Assembly (NCBI RefSeq): GCF_000026545.1 | Contig: NC_011601.1 | From: Escherichia coli O127:H6 str. E2348/69 | GTDB taxonomy: Bacteria > Pseudomonadota > Gammaproteobacteria > Enterobacterales > Enterobacteriaceae | Direction: 5' to 3' (one strand) | Length of the DNA: 64,000 bases | Part shown: in pieces, positions 25,616-37,897 of the stretch | Layout of the letters: each line of letters opens with the position of its first letter | How positions within the stretch are numbered: position 1 is the stretch's first letter | The notes under the pieces: generated by a model | The model's database searches: none | What the model was told of the DNA's origin: nothing | The model's input: the letters and a program-made list of their open reading frames with translations, nothing else | Made by a program: the position numbers and the translations under genes

Positions 25616-26611
25616 TTACTCAGAAACAAACGTTATGTCGTCTTTTTTGGCATGAACGAATTCATACTGCAGAGTTCGATCCAGACCTTGCGACAGCGTA
25701 TACGGTGCCACAAAACCTGAAGAATGCACTTTCGTTGCGTCAAACTGTGTTGTTGCGCAGAATTTTTTCACGCGCACAGAGCTGACAGCGTATTTTTTGC
25801 CAGTAATTTTGCTCAGGATATCAAAGCAATATCCACCCAGCATTCCTAGTGGGTAAGGCAAGTGCATAGAAGGGATCTTTTTGTTTAGGCTTTGTTCAAC
25901 TTCAGCAACCAACTGGTTCATATTCAGGTCTGGCTTATCAACGTAGTTATAAACCTCGTAACCTGCGGCAACATTCTTCAGTTTGTACTTGATAAACTCA
26001 ACAATGTTTCCAACATAAGCCATGGACTTATAGTTAGTCCCTGCGCCCACCATCATAAACTTGCCGCCAGCGATCTGTTTCAGCAAGTTATAGACGTTAC
26101 CGCGGTTCCGTTCACCGAAGATAACGGTAGGACGGATGATGGTTAATGAACGTTCTGTTGGTGCTTTGTTATACCATTCACGCAGCACTTCCTCTGCCTG
26201 CCACTTACTTTTGCCGTAGTGGTTGAAAGGATCGTGTGGATGGTTTTCGTCAGGGTTGTGTTTGTTCAAACCATAAACAGCAACGGAACTGGTAAAGATG
26301 ATATTTTTAACGCCATTTTTTTCCATGGCCGCCAGCACATTGCGGGTACCCTGAACGTTGACATCATAATAGAGAGAAGTAGGGCTGACGTCATCGCGGT
26401 GTTCCGCTGCCAGTAGTACAACAGTGTCAAAACCGGCTAACGCCTGGTCGAGTGCCTGTTGATCACGAACATCGCCAATCTGTGTGATTTCTGGATAAAA
26501 GTGGCTCTGCTGTTTGTCCAGGTTCTTGATATTAAAGTCAGCAATTGCCGTTTCAAGTAGTCGGGTTCCTACGAATCCGGAAGCTCCTATGAGCAAAACG
26601 TTATCGTTCAT
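25616..26611 (-). CDS. gne: NAD-dependent epimerase (Gne / Z3206-like UDP-GlcNAc or GlcNAc-P-P-Und 4-epimerase)
   Basis: 331 aa MNDNVLLIGASGFVGTRLLE...; YGKSK motif; sits between wcaM and galF, where some E. coli lineages carry gne. Confidence 0.8.
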   Translation of the reverse strand: MNDNVLLIGASGFVGTRLLETAIADFNIKNLDKQQSHFYPEITQIGDVRDQQALDQALAGFDTVVLLAAEHRDDVSPTSLYYDVNVQGTRNVLAAMEKNGVKNIIFTSSVAVYGLNKHNPDENHPHDPFNHYGKSKWQAEEVLREWYNKAPTERSLTIIRPTVIFGERNRGNVYNLLKQIAGGKFMMVGAGTNYKSMAYVGNIVEFIKYKLKNVAAGYEVYNYVDKPDLNMNQLVAEVEQSLNKKIPSMHLPYPLGMLGGYCFDILSKITGKKYAVSSVRVKKFCATTQFDATKVHSSGFVAPYTLSQGLDRTLQYEFVHAKKDDITFVSE

Positions 26612-26768
26612 AAATCACTTTAGTCTGGTTGTTACGTAAGAAACACAAGATAAAGATGAGTACCTTCCCTGAGTAGTCAATGCTGCCCAGCCCCAGCTTT
26701 AACAGTTAGTGTGAGGATTATAATCTTTTAGAACATTATATCCAGTAAGTTTATGAATGGTCGCAAAT

Positions 26769-28163
26769 CTACTCCCTCCGTTCTGGCAATCTAAAGTTAA
26801 TCTTTTCCACATTAACAATGTGGTGATTAACTCTGTCGATATCGACGGAGCTTTGCCCTTTTTCATTCACCGCATGAACATTTGCAAGTGACAGCAGTGT
26901 TTCTTTTTTCGCCATAAAGACGCCGCGAACGTCTTTGCGCATGTCGAAGTTCATGCTCAATGCGGGTCCAACTGAGGATTCCTGCATCACCTTGATATTT
27001 CGCATAAAAAGATGTTGCGGTTTGTTGTGTAACTCCAGCGACGCACGCTTCATCTCAATGTTAGTCAGCGCCACAAAGGAGACAGCATTCCCGGCAGAGA
27101 TTTGGATACCGCGCAATTTATAAGCAAGATGGGTGTTATCCATTTGAATATTATTCACTCGGAAATTTTGCGGTATTGAGAGATATTTGCCTTTAATTAC
27201 CCCATAGCCGATTAACATCCCAGCGCTATTAATCATTTCAATATTATCAATCACGAAATTGTCACAACCGTAAATAGCAACTGTCGCGTTATCAATGCCT
27301 GCTTTCTTGCTGAAATCCGGCGTGATATTGCGGGCTTTGATATTACGAATAACAAAATGTTTACCATTTTCAACATGGATCAACTGCCGACAATCCGATC
27401 CCGTGATATTCGCCACGACAAAGTTTTTCACTGCCTGGTCTTCCGGGTAGTTATTATCGTAGGTACTTCCCGCAAGGCCTATGCCGATACCCCAGTTGAT
27501 TTTGCCGTTGGTACAGTTGATGCGCTCGATGACATGGTCAGATATCAAAATATCACGGTCGTTAATCGCCACGTTCCATTCAATGGCGTCGCCCTGTAAA
27601 TCACTAAATTTACAGTTGGTGATGTTGGCACCGATAATCTGGTTATGAAATCCCTGGCGTAAGATGGCGTAATTAGCGTGGCTAACGGTCAGGTTATCGA
27701 TGGAGAGGTTACGCATTACTCGTTTGTTTTTGCCGCCGATATAAATCTGCGTTACCGGACCAAAGCCGCTCATCGTCAGCCCTTTGATGGTGCAGTCAGA
27801 GCCACGCACATCCAGGGTGATGTTATGCATACTGCCACCCTCCTCCCCTGTCACCTGGCTGCTGTCCTGTAAGACAAATCGCCCTCTGCCGTTGCCGCGC
27901 AGGCTTCCAAGGATGTGTAACGTTTTACCTGCAGGAATGAAGATGCCGGTGTTGATATTGTCGCAAACCAATCCGGCAGGCACGACGACCGTTTGCCCTT
28001 CGCCGAAGGCTTGTTTAAATGAGGCGATCCAGTCGTGTGGGTTGTAGTCGTTAATGTTAACGCTTTGTCGGGCGGGAAGTGCACGGGCGAAAGGGGTATG
28101 GAGGAAGGCAAGCGCGGAGCTTGCCGTCAGGAAGGTGCGTCGGGAGAGTTTTTTAAATGGCAT
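26769..28163 (-). CDS. wcaM: Colanic acid biosynthesis protein WcaM
   Basis: 464 aa with twin-arginine signal ([15 protein letters not shown]); last gene of colanic operon. Confidence 0.9.
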   Translation of the reverse strand: MPFKKLSRRTFLTASSALAFLHTPFARALPARQSVNINDYNPHDWIASFKQAFGEGQTVVVPAGLVCDNINTGIFIPAGKTLHILGSLRGNGRGRFVLQDSSQVTGEEGGSMHNITLDVRGSDCTIKGLTMSGFGPVTQIYIGGKNKRVMRNLSIDNLTVSHANYAILRQGFHNQIIGANITNCKFSDLQGDAIEWNVAINDRDILISDHVIERINCTNGKINWGIGIGLAGSTYDNNYPEDQAVKNFVVANITGSDCRQLIHVENGKHFVIRNIKARNITPDFSKKAGIDNATVAIYGCDNFVIDNIEMINSAGMLIGYGVIKGKYLSIPQNFRVNNIQMDNTHLAYKLRGIQISAGNAVSFVALTNIEMKRASLELHNKPQHLFMRNIKVMQESSVGPALSMNFDMRKDVRGVFMAKKETLLSLANVHAVNEKGQSSVDIDRVNHHIVNVEKINFRLPERRE

Positions 28164-28173
28164 ACGTTCTCCT

Positions 28174-29394
28174 CTATAAAGCCTGCAGCAAGCTGGCGAG
28201 TTCTCGATTAATCACCTGCTGGTTAAAATCGTGTTCGACTTTTTCGCGCGCACGTTTGACGACCGGAGCCAGTTCGTCGGTGTTCAGTTGGCTAAACGCC
28301 GCCAGTCGTTGCGCCAGTGCGCGAGCATCGTTCTCAGGCACCAGCCAGCCGGATTTATCGGCCTCCACCAGTTCTGGTATTCCGCTATGCAGAGTTGAAA
28401 CAACCGGAATGCCGACCGCCATCGCTTCCATTAGCGCCACCGGAATACCTTCCATATCGCCATCCGCACCCGTTATCGATGGCAACAGGAAGACATCCGC
28501 GTCGTCGAGCATCGCTTTCACTTCATGGCTCGGTTTAAAGCCCGGCATCTCTACCACATCTTCCAGTTGATATTGTTCGATGAGCGTGCGCAGGCGTCGT
28601 TCCCACGGGCCAATGCCGAGGATGCGATAGCGAAATGCCACGCCCTGCTCTTTCAACTGCCGGCAGGCTTCGATCGCCACATGCAGGCCTTTTTTCTCGG
28701 TTAAGCGTGCGACGGAGATGATTTCCAGCGGCGTTGCGGGCGCTTTCACCGGACGCGGGCTAAAGCGCGTCATGTCCACGCCCATACGCGATACGGCGAT
28801 TTTTTCCCTCGGACAGCCCATTTTTTGCAGCCTTCCGGCCCACAAATCGCTTATCGGTAACATCAGGTCGCCACGGCGAAACAGTTGTTGATATTCGGGA
28901 GTGTAGTGGTTGAGCACGTCCCGACTGGAGATATCAATACCGTGGAAGATAGTGGCAATTTTGCCGCGAATGACACCCAGTTCGCGTAGTTTTGCTGCGG
29001 TTACCCCCGCAGGGCCAAAATGAGCGATGAACACATCGGCGCGAAACGGTGTTGCGACCTGACCACAAATGGCAGACAAAATCAGGTTCCGCGACTCGGC
29101 GCCATAGCGTTTGAGGTTGAGCGCCTGCCAGGTATTTTTACGATGAATGCCGCGTAACGTCTGGCTGGCGCGGTGGCGCAGTTTCGCCACTTTGCCCGTA
29201 GGTTCGTCCTGTAACCAGCGGGTTCTGGCAGCAAGGTTGTATTTCGTCCATGCCGCGTGGGTGTTCTGGGTGTCGCCTTTTTGCAGCGCGACAATCTCCA
29301 CCTCAAAGCCCATATCAATAAACGCGGTAATTTGATTGAGGACGAAGGTTTCCGACGACAGCGGAAATTTCAGTAAAAAGAAGCCGACCTTCAT
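28174..29394 (-). CDS. wcaL: Colanic acid glycosyltransferase (GT4)
   Basis: 406 aa; position and family match. Confidence 0.9.
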   Translation of the reverse strand: MKVGFFLLKFPLSSETFVLNQITAFIDMGFEVEIVALQKGDTQNTHAAWTKYNLAARTRWLQDEPTGKVAKLRHRASQTLRGIHRKNTWQALNLKRYGAESRNLILSAICGQVATPFRADVFIAHFGPAGVTAAKLRELGVIRGKIATIFHGIDISSRDVLNHYTPEYQQLFRRGDLMLPISDLWAGRLQKMGCPREKIAVSRMGVDMTRFSPRPVKAPATPLEIISVARLTEKKGLHVAIEACRQLKEQGVAFRYRILGIGPWERRLRTLIEQYQLEDVVEMPGFKPSHEVKAMLDDADVFLLPSITGADGDMEGIPVALMEAMAVGIPVVSTLHSGIPELVEADKSGWLVPENDARALAQRLAAFSQLNTDELAPVVKRAREKVEHDFNQQVINRELASLLQAL

Positions 29395-30671
29395 TTCACC
29401 TCCCCGATGCGTTCAAGCACAGATTGCACCATCTGCATTCCTGTATGACGCTCACGACTGACAGCTTCGTTAAGTCGTGCGTTCAGCGCCGGAAGCTGGC
29501 CTAAGGTATCCGCAACCATCGCTTGCAGGCTGCCGTCCAGTAAATGACGGATATCAATTGCCATCTCTGGTAGCCCCAGTTGTTGCATAATCCCGGCGGA
29601 TTTATGTTCATAGTTGATGGCAATCGCCGGAGTAGCAAAGTTCATTGAGATAATGGCTGAGTGCAGGCGCGTACCGACGGTGAGTTCACAGGCACCGAGA
29701 ATTTTGCCCATTTCCAGATCGTTGAGTTCATCCATCACCACGTGGTAACGGGCAGGATCGCTGATGTGCTGGCGCAGGTTGAGCGCCACCATGCGGTCGT
29801 CTTTGTTATAGCTGTCGATGCCCGTACAGGTGGAGAGCGCAATAACCTGATAGCCTTCGTCGAGAATGCGATTGACCACCCCGGCAAAGGCTTTTTCATA
29901 CGCTTGTTGAGTGGTGCCGAGACGTTTGTCGAACGGTGCCAGTTCGCGCAGGGTAATTGCCACCGTTTTCTGTTGTGCGGCAACGTCCAGCCAATGTTGA
30001 ACGGCATAGCTGGCGGTGAAGTCTTCTGTGTGGTGATCGACCAGCCACGCGGTATCGACGCCATGTTCCACTTTTGCGGTGGTGATATTGCTGCGTTTCA
30101 TCAAATCAAGGCTGACCGATTCGCGCAGGATCAGCGCGTCACAGTGACCAAAAACGTAGTTCGCCAGTTGGTTAAATTGCTCATCCTGGAACGGGCCGAC
30201 GCTGTGACCAATCATAAACAGCGGCTTTTTCGCCATGAAAGTGCAAAGCGCATGTTCAAACTGCGGAACGCCATAGAGATCGACAAAAAACGATCCGCCG
30301 ACCTGAATAATGGCGTCGTAACCTGACAGCAGGCGCACGAAGTCGGTGAATCCCTGGGCGATGGCGATATTACGCAGCTTGCCAGTGTCGGTGACGCGTG
30401 AGAGCAATACCTGGTGCTGATAGCGGCGACGGAGGACTTTTTTAACGCGCCCGACAACGCCCGCCGCGCTGTTGTGTTGTTTCATTTGCAGGAACAGCGG
30501 ATCGCCCATTACCGGGCGGTTGAGCAGCCAGGAAGAACTGACCGGATAGCGGCTCATCACGTCCACTTCGGCATGTGGATTGAGGATGTTGATGGCATCA
30601 AGTAAGCCGCGCAAGATGGCGCTGTCGCCACGATTGCCGCAAGTGTGGTTGCCCAGAATAAGTAATTTCAT
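29391..30671 (-). CDS. wcaK: Colanic acid pyruvyl transferase
   Basis: 426 aa; position and family match. Confidence 0.9.
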   Translation of the reverse strand: MKLLILGNHTCGNRGDSAILRGLLDAINILNPHAEVDVMSRYPVSSSWLLNRPVMGDPLFLQMKQHNSAAGVVGRVKKVLRRRYQHQVLLSRVTDTGKLRNIAIAQGFTDFVRLLSGYDAIIQVGGSFFVDLYGVPQFEHALCTFMAKKPLFMIGHSVGPFQDEQFNQLANYVFGHCDALILRESVSLDLMKRSNITTAKVEHGVDTAWLVDHHTEDFTASYAVQHWLDVAAQQKTVAITLRELAPFDKRLGTTQQAYEKAFAGVVNRILDEGYQVIALSTCTGIDSYNKDDRMVALNLRQHISDPARYHVVMDELNDLEMGKILGACELTVGTRLHSAIISMNFATPAIAINYEHKSAGIMQQLGLPEMAIDIRHLLDGSLQAMVADTLGQLPALNARLNEAVSRERHTGMQMVQSVLERIGEVK

Positions 30672-30742
30672 TTTTTCCTCATAAATTTGGTGCCAGGTGA
30701 GGTTATGTTGTTGTTTTTATTGCCGGAGCCTAAAACAACCAT

Positions 30743-32221
30743 TCACCCCGCCCGTAAAAGCATTTTCATTTTTTCGCTGCGACAAAACTGACGCTTCACT
30801 TCCACCACCAACGAATGGCGCGACAGCACAATCATCACCACAAACGCCAGCACGCCCGCGGCTATTTGCACCGCCAGCAGCATCCCCAGCGCCAGTTGCC
30901 CTTTCAGCACAATGCCCAGTGCATAACTGACCACCAGCGTCGGCAGCGAGAGATAAAACGGCAGCCACAAACTCAGGATGTACTGGCGATAACTGGAACC
31001 AAGAACCGGTTTAATCATCACGAAGTAACTCAGAATGGTGTTGATAATCTGCACCAGCAGGAAACCGAGCGTGACGCCGATTGCGCCCGCCATCTGCCCA
31101 CCAATAACAATCGCCGGAATAAACAGAAATGTTTTGAATACGTTGAATTTAAAGCTGATATCGACCCGCGCTTTCGCCATCAGCAGCGAACCAATCGGGT
31201 TACCTACGGAGCGCAGCAGACCCACCACACACAGCAATTGCAGCACCGGAATAATGCTGTTCCACTTTTCGCCAAATACCAGCGGTACAAAGTTATTTGA
31301 CACCACCATCAGCCCGAGCAGCGCCGGAAAGTTGATAATCCCCACCACCGACAGCAGCTTGTAGAAGTTGACGCGCAGCTTTTCGGTATCGTCCTGAATT
31401 TTGGCGAATGCCGGAAACAACACACGGGTGATGATCGGGTTCAGCTTCATCGGCGGCACAACGGCCACGTTGTACGCCAGGTTGTATCCCCCTGCCACGC
31501 CCGCGCCGAGAATACGCGCCAGCACCAGCGTTGAAAGGTTGGTATTGAGATAGTTGATGATGCTGTCCGCCGTCAGCCAGGCACCAAAGCGTAAGTTCGG
31601 CGCAACAGACGCCAGCGAGAAATGCAGACCGGGGCGATAAATTTTCCGGCCAAAGTAGCCAAATAGCAGCGTTCTCACCGCACTATTGACCAGATAACCG
31701 AGGATCGCGGTCATCACCAGCGGCCAGAAATGGGCGCTAACCACTGTAAAAGTGAAGCCCGCCAGCACCGCGCTGGTTTCGATCATGCCGATTTTGTTGA
31801 ACTCCAGCTCCTTCTGCATCAACGCGCGGAACTGTTGCCCGTGGGGGATCACCACAAACGCCAGCGACAATGTTTTAATCAACGGTGCCAGGTCCGGGTT
31901 ATTCAGCACGTCGCCAATGGCATCACTCAACAAAAACACCGCCACGCACACCACAAGCCCCAGCCCGACGTTCAGCCAGTACAGCGTGGTGAGTTCCAGG
32001 TGGCTGATTTCTTTTCGCTGAATAATCGAGTTAGCGATACCGAAGTCAGAAAGCGTATCTGCCAGCGCGATGATCACCAGCGACACGGTAAGCAAACCGA
32101 ACTGGTGGTTGTCGATAATGCGCGCCAGCACGGTCATCTGCACCAGCCCGAGGCCGATGATGATCACCGTGGCAATCGCCGACCACTTCGCGCCGCTGAT
32201 GGTTTTTTCACGTAAGCTCAT
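30743..32221 (-). CDS. wzxC: Colanic acid repeat-unit flippase
   Basis: 492 aa polytopic membrane protein. Confidence 0.9.
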   Translation of the reverse strand: MSLREKTISGAKWSAIATVIIIGLGLVQMTVLARIIDNHQFGLLTVSLVIIALADTLSDFGIANSIIQRKEISHLELTTLYWLNVGLGLVVCVAVFLLSDAIGDVLNNPDLAPLIKTLSLAFVVIPHGQQFRALMQKELEFNKIGMIETSAVLAGFTFTVVSAHFWPLVMTAILGYLVNSAVRTLLFGYFGRKIYRPGLHFSLASVAPNLRFGAWLTADSIINYLNTNLSTLVLARILGAGVAGGYNLAYNVAVVPPMKLNPIITRVLFPAFAKIQDDTEKLRVNFYKLLSVVGIINFPALLGLMVVSNNFVPLVFGEKWNSIIPVLQLLCVVGLLRSVGNPIGSLLMAKARVDISFKFNVFKTFLFIPAIVIGGQMAGAIGVTLGFLLVQIINTILSYFVMIKPVLGSSYRQYILSLWLPFYLSLPTLVVSYALGIVLKGQLALGMLLAVQIAAGVLAFVVMIVLSRHSLVVEVKRQFCRSEKMKMLLRAG

Positions 32222-32222
32222 A

Positions 32223-33617
32223 TCAATATGCCGCTTTGTTAACGAAGCCTTTGAATACCGTCAGGAAAACGATTTTGATATCGAACCAGACGCTCCATTC
32301 GCGGATGTACTCAAGGTCGAACTCGACGCGTTTTTCCATTTTCTCCAGTGTGTCGGTTTCGCCGCGCCAGCCGTTAATCTGCGCCCAGCCGGTAATGCCC
32401 GGTTTCACCTTATGGCGCAGCATGTAGCCTTCAATGAGCTGTCGATACTGTTCGTTATGCGCCACCGCATGCGGACGCGGACCGACAATCGACATCCCGC
32501 CAGTCAGCACATTGATAAACTGCGGCAATTCGTCCAGCGAGGTGCGGCGCAGAAAGTTCCCCACTTTGGTGACGCGCGGATCGTTCTGCGTCGCCTGAGT
32601 CACCACTTTGTCGTTCTCCATCACTTTCATGGAACGGAACTTCCACACTTTGATCGGCTTGCCATCCATGCCATAGCGAGTCTGGCGGAAAATAACCGGC
32701 CCTGGCGAACTGAGTTTCACCGCCAGCGCAATACAGCACAGCACCGGGGAGATCAGCAGCAGAATAAGCGTCGCCAGCACAATGTCTTCCGCACGTTTGA
32801 GCAGGCGGTTAACCCCGGAAAGCGGCGTGTCGTAAAGCGGCACCACCGGAACGCCGTTCATCTCTTCGAGACGTGAATGGAGAATGTTGAAGGTAAAGAC
32901 GTCGGGGATCAGCAGCACCGAACAGGTGGTGTCCGCCAGTTGATGGACCAGTTTTTTCACTCGCGCGCCGTCGCACATTTGCATCGCGATATAGACGTTA
33001 TGAATCTTGCCCGCTTTCGCATCCTCGACCAGCTGTTGCAGATTGCCCGCCCAGTCGTTAGAAACGCCACCCGGTTTCGGGTCGTGGTAAACGCCCACCA
33101 CTTCAAACCCTAACCACGGCTGATTACGGAAGCTCTCCATCAGCATTTGTCCGGCGGCTAAATCTCCCGCTACGGCGACCATACGCTTGTTATAGCCATG
33201 ATTACGCAGCCAGCCCGCCCCAATGCGAATACATGAACGGCAAACCACCAGTCCGATACTGGTCAGCCCATACCACGCCAGCCAGATTTTCAGTTGCGTG
33301 TCGAAATCATTATTGAACGCCACCAGTCCGGCGCTGAAAATCACGCTTAAGGTCCAGTTTTGTAGCAACAGGGCAAATTCTGTCGCTGCCCGAACACCGC
33401 GCCATGAGCGATAAAAATCGGTGATGCCGCCCAGCATCTGGAACACCACCAGCGTAATCAACGCCACCAACAGGTGCATGTAGAGGAATGACAGTCCGCT
33501 CACTTCGCAAACCAGCCATAGTCCGGCAAACATGATGGTGATATCTGAAAAGCGTTGCACCATAGAGATTAACGATGCATTGGTTTTCGCTCGCTCGCGC
33601 TTTTTTAGATTTGTCAT
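32223..33617 (-). CDS. wcaJ: UDP-glucose:undecaprenyl-phosphate glucose-1-phosphate transferase
   Basis: 464 aa; N-terminal TM helices and C-terminal polyisoprenyl-phosphate hexose-1-P transferase domain. Confidence 0.92.
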   Translation of the reverse strand: MTNLKKRERAKTNASLISMVQRFSDITIMFAGLWLVCEVSGLSFLYMHLLVALITLVVFQMLGGITDFYRSWRGVRAATEFALLLQNWTLSVIFSAGLVAFNNDFDTQLKIWLAWYGLTSIGLVVCRSCIRIGAGWLRNHGYNKRMVAVAGDLAAGQMLMESFRNQPWLGFEVVGVYHDPKPGGVSNDWAGNLQQLVEDAKAGKIHNVYIAMQMCDGARVKKLVHQLADTTCSVLLIPDVFTFNILHSRLEEMNGVPVVPLYDTPLSGVNRLLKRAEDIVLATLILLLISPVLCCIALAVKLSSPGPVIFRQTRYGMDGKPIKVWKFRSMKVMENDKVVTQATQNDPRVTKVGNFLRRTSLDELPQFINVLTGGMSIVGPRPHAVAHNEQYRQLIEGYMLRHKVKPGITGWAQINGWRGETDTLEKMEKRVEFDLEYIREWSVWFDIKIVFLTVFKGFVNKAAY

Positions 33618-33671
33618 CGTTGTTCCTGTTATTAGCCCCTTACCCGCAGTGGGGTAAGGGAAGATCCGACA

Positions 33672-35042
33672 TTACTCATTCAGCAACGTCAGCAGAGTTC
33701 GCGTTCGCGCTTCCATCAGCGGCACATCACCGCGCGATTCCACATTCAACCGCACCACCGGTTCGGTGTTGGAGGTGCGCAGGTTAAAGCGCCAGTCGGC
33801 AAAGGTCATGCTGATGCCATCGGTACGATCCACCGCCAGCGCCTCACGGCTAAAATGCTGTTCGACGCGATTAATCGCCTCAACGGGTTGCGCCAGTTTG
33901 CTGTTGATCTCACCGCTTGCCGGAAACGCCGCCATCCGGTCGCGCACCAGTTCGCCCAGCGTTTTTCCTTTCAGGCACAACAGTTCGGCTACCAGCAGCC
34001 ACGGGATCATGCCGCTGTCGCAGTAAGCGAAATCACGGAAGTAATGGTGAGCGCTCATTTCGCCACCGTAGATGGCGTCTTCCTTGCGCATCCGTTCTTT
34101 AATAAAGGCGTGTCCGGTTTTCGACATTACCGGGGTGCCGCCTGCGGCAGTCACCACATCAATAGTGTTCCAGGAGAGACGCGGATCATGGATGATCTTC
34201 GCGCCGGGATTTTTTTCGAGGAACGCTTCTGCCAGCAGGCCGACAATGTAGTAGCCCTCGATAAACTGCCCTTTTTCGTCAAACAGAAAACAGCGGTCAA
34301 AATCGCCATCAAAGGCAATGCCCATATCCGCGCCGTGTTTGATGACCGCATTGCGGGTGTCGTCGCGACATTCCGGCAGCAGCGGGTTAGGAATACCGTT
34401 GGGGAAATTGCCGTCCGGTGTGTTGTGTACTTTGATTAATTCCACGGGCGCGCCGAGGGCTTTAAAGCGGGCTTCGATGGCGTCCACCACCGGACCCGCT
34501 GCGCCATTCCCGGAGTTAATCACCAGCTTGAGCGGCGTGAGGTTTTTGACGTTGATATAACCGAACAGGTGATCAACGTAAGCGTCACGCAGATTAATTT
34601 TCTGATAGTGACCGCGTTTGGATTCATCAACGGGAGGGAAGTCGTTGGCTTCTGCCAGGCGCTGGACGTCGCGCAGTCCGGTATCACCGCTGATCGGGCG
34701 AGCCCCTTCGCGCACCAGCTTCATGCCATTGTAATCCATCGGATTATGGCTGGCGGTAACTTCGATGCCGCCATCCACGCCGAGATGGAACGTGGCGAAA
34801 TAGATCTCTTCGGTGCCGGACATGCCAATATCCAGCACATCGACGCCCGCATCCTGTAAACCTTTCGCCAGCGCCAGTTTTAAGGTTTCGCTGGTGAGAC
34901 GAACATCACCGCCTAACACAATGGTTTTCGGTTTGAGAAATTCGCCATAGGCGCGACCAATGCGCCAGGCAATATCTTCATTCAGTTCTTCGCCTAATTT
35001 CCCGCGAATATCATAGGCTTTAAAGCAGGTTAATTTTTTCAT
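33672..35042 (-). CDS. cpsG: Phosphomannomutase, colanic acid copy
   Basis: ATG at 35042 gives [16 protein letters not shown]...; ORF track extends upstream to 35090. Confidence 0.95.
   Translation of the reverse strand: MKKLTCFKAYDIRGKLGEELNEDIAWRIGRAYGEFLKPKTIVLGGDVRLTSETLKLALAKGLQDAGVDVLDIGMSGTEEIYFATFHLGVDGGIEVTASHNPMDYNGMKLVREGARPISGDTGLRDVQRLAEANDFPPVDESKRGHYQKINLRDAYVDHLFGYINVKNLTPLKLVINSGNGAAGPVVDAIEARFKALGAPVELIKVHNTPDGNFPNGIPNPLLPECRDDTRNAVIKHGADMGIAFDGDFDRCFLFDEKGQFIEGYYIVGLLAEAFLEKNPGAKIIHDPRLSWNTIDVVTAAGGTPVMSKTGHAFIKERMRKEDAIYGGEMSAHHYFRDFAYCDSGMIPWLLVAELLCLKGKTLGELVRDRMAAFPASGEINSKLAQPVEAINRVEQHFSREALAVDRTDGISMTFADWRFNLRTSNTEPVVRLNVESRGDVPLMEARTRTLLTLLNE
33740..35042. repeat. 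manB direct repeat, copy B (cpsG, colanic acid locus)
   Basis: See copy A. Confidence 0.8.
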
Positions 35043-35132
35043 GTCGTTACCCTTTTTCAGGCAATAGTTGGCCCTGACCGAAGCGGCCAATTTTGTTTTT
35101 GTCGTTATTTACACCGCGGTTTCGCATTCATT

Positions 35133-35233
<101 letters not shown>

Positions 35234-35234
35234 T

Positions 35235-36671
35235 TTACACCCGTCCGTAGCGATCCGCGAAGCGCACCACATCATCCTCTTCGAGATAAGAGCCGGAGCG
35301 CACTTCAATTAAATCGAGCGGAATTTTCCCCGGGTTTTCCAGGCAGTGCGTCGCCCCCAGCGGAATATAAATGGACTCGTTTTCACCAAGCAGTTTGATA
35401 TCACCGTCAATAGTGACTTTTGCCGTTCCCGCAACCACTACCCAGTGTTCCGCGCGGTGATGGTGCATCTGTACTGACAAGCCTTCGCCCGGTTTCACGG
35501 TGATGCGTTTCACCTGGTAGCGGTCGCCCGCGTCGATAGAGTCATATTTGCCCCACGGACGATACACTTCGCGATGTACCCGATGCTCATGACGACCATC
35601 GGCTTTGATCTGCTCGACCACTTTTTTCACATCCTGCACCGCGTTACGGTCGGCAATCAGCACCGCATCTTTGGTCTGCACCACTACCAGATCTTTCACC
35701 CCGACGGTGGTGACCAGGCCAGATTCGGCGTATACATAGCTGTTTTCAGTTTTGTGATTAATCACATCGCCGTGGCAAACGTTGCCCTCGGCGGTGTGGG
35801 CGCTGATCTCCCATAATGAAGACCAGGAACCGACATCGCTCCAGCCCGCATCCATCGGCACCACAACGGCATCTGCCGTACGTTCCATGACCGCGTAATC
35901 CACCGACTCTTCCGGGCAGGCCAGAAACGCTTCTTCATCCACGCGAATAAAATCGAGATCCGGATCGACGGCGCTCATCGCTTTTTCACAGGCGTCGAGA
36001 ATATCCGGGCGATATTTTTTCAGTTCTTCGAGATAGCGTCCGGCGCGGAACAGGAACATGCCGCTGTTCCAGTAATATTCGCCGCTTGCCACATAGGCCT
36101 GGGCGGTTTCCAGATTCGGTTTTTCGACAAACTGCGCCACTTCAAAGGCCACCGTATCCTGCTCACCCGCAGACACTTCACCGCGACGTATATAGCCATA
36201 ACCGGTTTCTGGTAGATCCGGCACAATGCCAAAGGTCACCAGCTTGCCCGCTTCGGCATACGGCATGGCATTACGCACGGCGGCACGGAACGCGTCTTCA
36301 TCGGCAATCACATGATCCGCCGCCAATACCAGCATTAACGGGTCGCTCTCCGGGCTATGACGTTTTGCCGCCAGCGCCGCCAGTGCAATGGCAGGTGCAG
36401 TGTTACGCCCTGCCGGTTCGAGAATAATGTTCTCGGTGAGTTTGTTCAGTTGACGCAGCTGTTCCGCGACAATAAAGCGGTGCTGCTCATTGCAAATCAC
36501 CACCGGGCTTTCGCACTCCACGCCGTTCAGGCGACAGATGGTGGTTTGCAGCATGGTGAGATCGCCTTTCAGGCATAAAAACTGCTTGGGGTAAAGTACG
36601 CGGGAAAGCGGCCATAAGCGGCTACCAGAGCCACCTGCCATCACAACTGGATAGAGTTTCGACTGCGCCAT
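35235..36671 (-). CDS. cpsB: Mannose-1-phosphate guanylyltransferase, colanic acid copy
   Basis: 478 aa [23 protein letters not shown]... Confidence 0.95.
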   Translation of the reverse strand: MAQSKLYPVVMAGGSGSRLWPLSRVLYPKQFLCLKGDLTMLQTTICRLNGVECESPVVICNEQHRFIVAEQLRQLNKLTENIILEPAGRNTAPAIALAALAAKRHSPESDPLMLVLAADHVIADEDAFRAAVRNAMPYAEAGKLVTFGIVPDLPETGYGYIRRGEVSAGEQDTVAFEVAQFVEKPNLETAQAYVASGEYYWNSGMFLFRAGRYLEELKKYRPDILDACEKAMSAVDPDLDFIRVDEEAFLACPEESVDYAVMERTADAVVVPMDAGWSDVGSWSSLWEISAHTAEGNVCHGDVINHKTENSYVYAESGLVTTVGVKDLVVVQTKDAVLIADRNAVQDVKKVVEQIKADGRHEHRVHREVYRPWGKYDSIDAGDRYQVKRITVKPGEGLSVQMHHHRAEHWVVVAGTAKVTIDGDIKLLGENESIYIPLGATHCLENPGKIPLDLIEVRSGSYLEEDDVVRFADRYGRV

Positions 36672-36673
36672 AA

Positions 36674-37897
36674 TTATCCCCGAATATCATTTATAAATTG
36701 ACGTAACACGTTCTCTTTATCGAGTGTGCGTTCGGCATATTCACGTGCCACCGTGTTGTGTTTGGGCAGCAGGAGCGCCTGACGGATCCCCGCCACCAGC
36801 GCCTCGACCGATTCCGGTTCTACGCAAACCGCAATGCCCGGAAAGGTTTCGCAAAGCTGCCCCAGTTCTGTGTGGGCCTCTGCGGTAATCACCGCGTTAC
36901 CGCCTACCGCCAGAATATTGGTCAGTTTCGACGGCAATACGGCATCTGCCGCGCCGCGTTTTTGCACCACCAGATGGCAATCGCCCATCTTCAGCAGTGC
37001 GGGTAAAGCGTCATACGATTGCAGCGGGAAAAATTGCATGTTGCGCAGTCCACGCTGCTGCGCCATTTTTTCCAGCCGCGCTTTGCCGCCGCCCTGCCCG
37101 ACAATGGCAAAAATCAGCGGTTCATCGCGCAGACGATCGGCAGCTTCAATAACGTTTTCCAGCCCCTGCTTTTCACCAATATTGCCGGAGTAAAGAATGA
37201 TTTTTTTGTTATCCGGCAGGTCAAGCTGGTTACGAAGGGCGTCAACATCGGCATCTGCAACATGCTGAAAACGGGCAATTTCCGACCAGTTGGGGAAGAA
37301 GATGACGTTTTCCGCCGCCACGCCTTTTTCGATGGCTTTATTCATCATCGAACGCGAAATCGTGGAGACGTTATCGACGTTATGCAGTCCGCTACGTTCG
37401 AACGCCGTTGCCAGCTGTGCCACTTTGCCGCCTTTGCCTTTTCCGGCAAGGCCCAGCCCCAGCATGGCGTCCACTTCGTAATCCTGAATATGCAGCACGG
37501 TACGCGCACCAGAGAGCTTCGCCAGCAGGCGCATTCCCGGCGTGCAAAACAGCGTTGGCACTACGCCGATAATGCGATCCGGCTTCCAGCGACGTTGCGC
37601 CATCAGTGGAAAGAAACTGCTGACGGCAAAACTGCCGAGATGCAACAAGCGTTTCAGGGTGCTCGGCTGTTTTGGCACGTACAGCGGGCAGCGCCACACC
37701 GTGGCGGCCCCCTCTTCTCGTTTGTAGCGCCAGGCGGAATAGTTCTCACCCACCTGCCATTGCGGGTAGTAAGGCGGTGCGGTAATGACCCGCACCTCAT
37801 GACCTTGTGCCGCCAGCCATTCCACCATCTCGCCGGTGTATTTGCCGATGCCGGTTAACTCCGGCGAGTAGTTAATGCCGTAGACCAGTATTTTCAT
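36674..37897 (-). CDS. wcaI: Colanic acid glycosyltransferase (GT4)
   Basis: 407 aa. Confidence 0.9.
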   Translation of the reverse strand: MKILVYGINYSPELTGIGKYTGEMVEWLAAQGHEVRVITAPPYYPQWQVGENYSAWRYKREEGAATVWRCPLYVPKQPSTLKRLLHLGSFAVSSFFPLMAQRRWKPDRIIGVVPTLFCTPGMRLLAKLSGARTVLHIQDYEVDAMLGLGLAGKGKGGKVAQLATAFERSGLHNVDNVSTISRSMMNKAIEKGVAAENVIFFPNWSEIARFQHVADADVDALRNQLDLPDNKKIILYSGNIGEKQGLENVIEAADRLRDEPLIFAIVGQGGGKARLEKMAQQRGLRNMQFFPLQSYDALPALLKMGDCHLVVQKRGAADAVLPSKLTNILAVGGNAVITAEAHTELGQLCETFPGIAVCVEPESVEALVAGIRQALLLPKHNTVAREYAERTLDKENVLRQFINDIRG

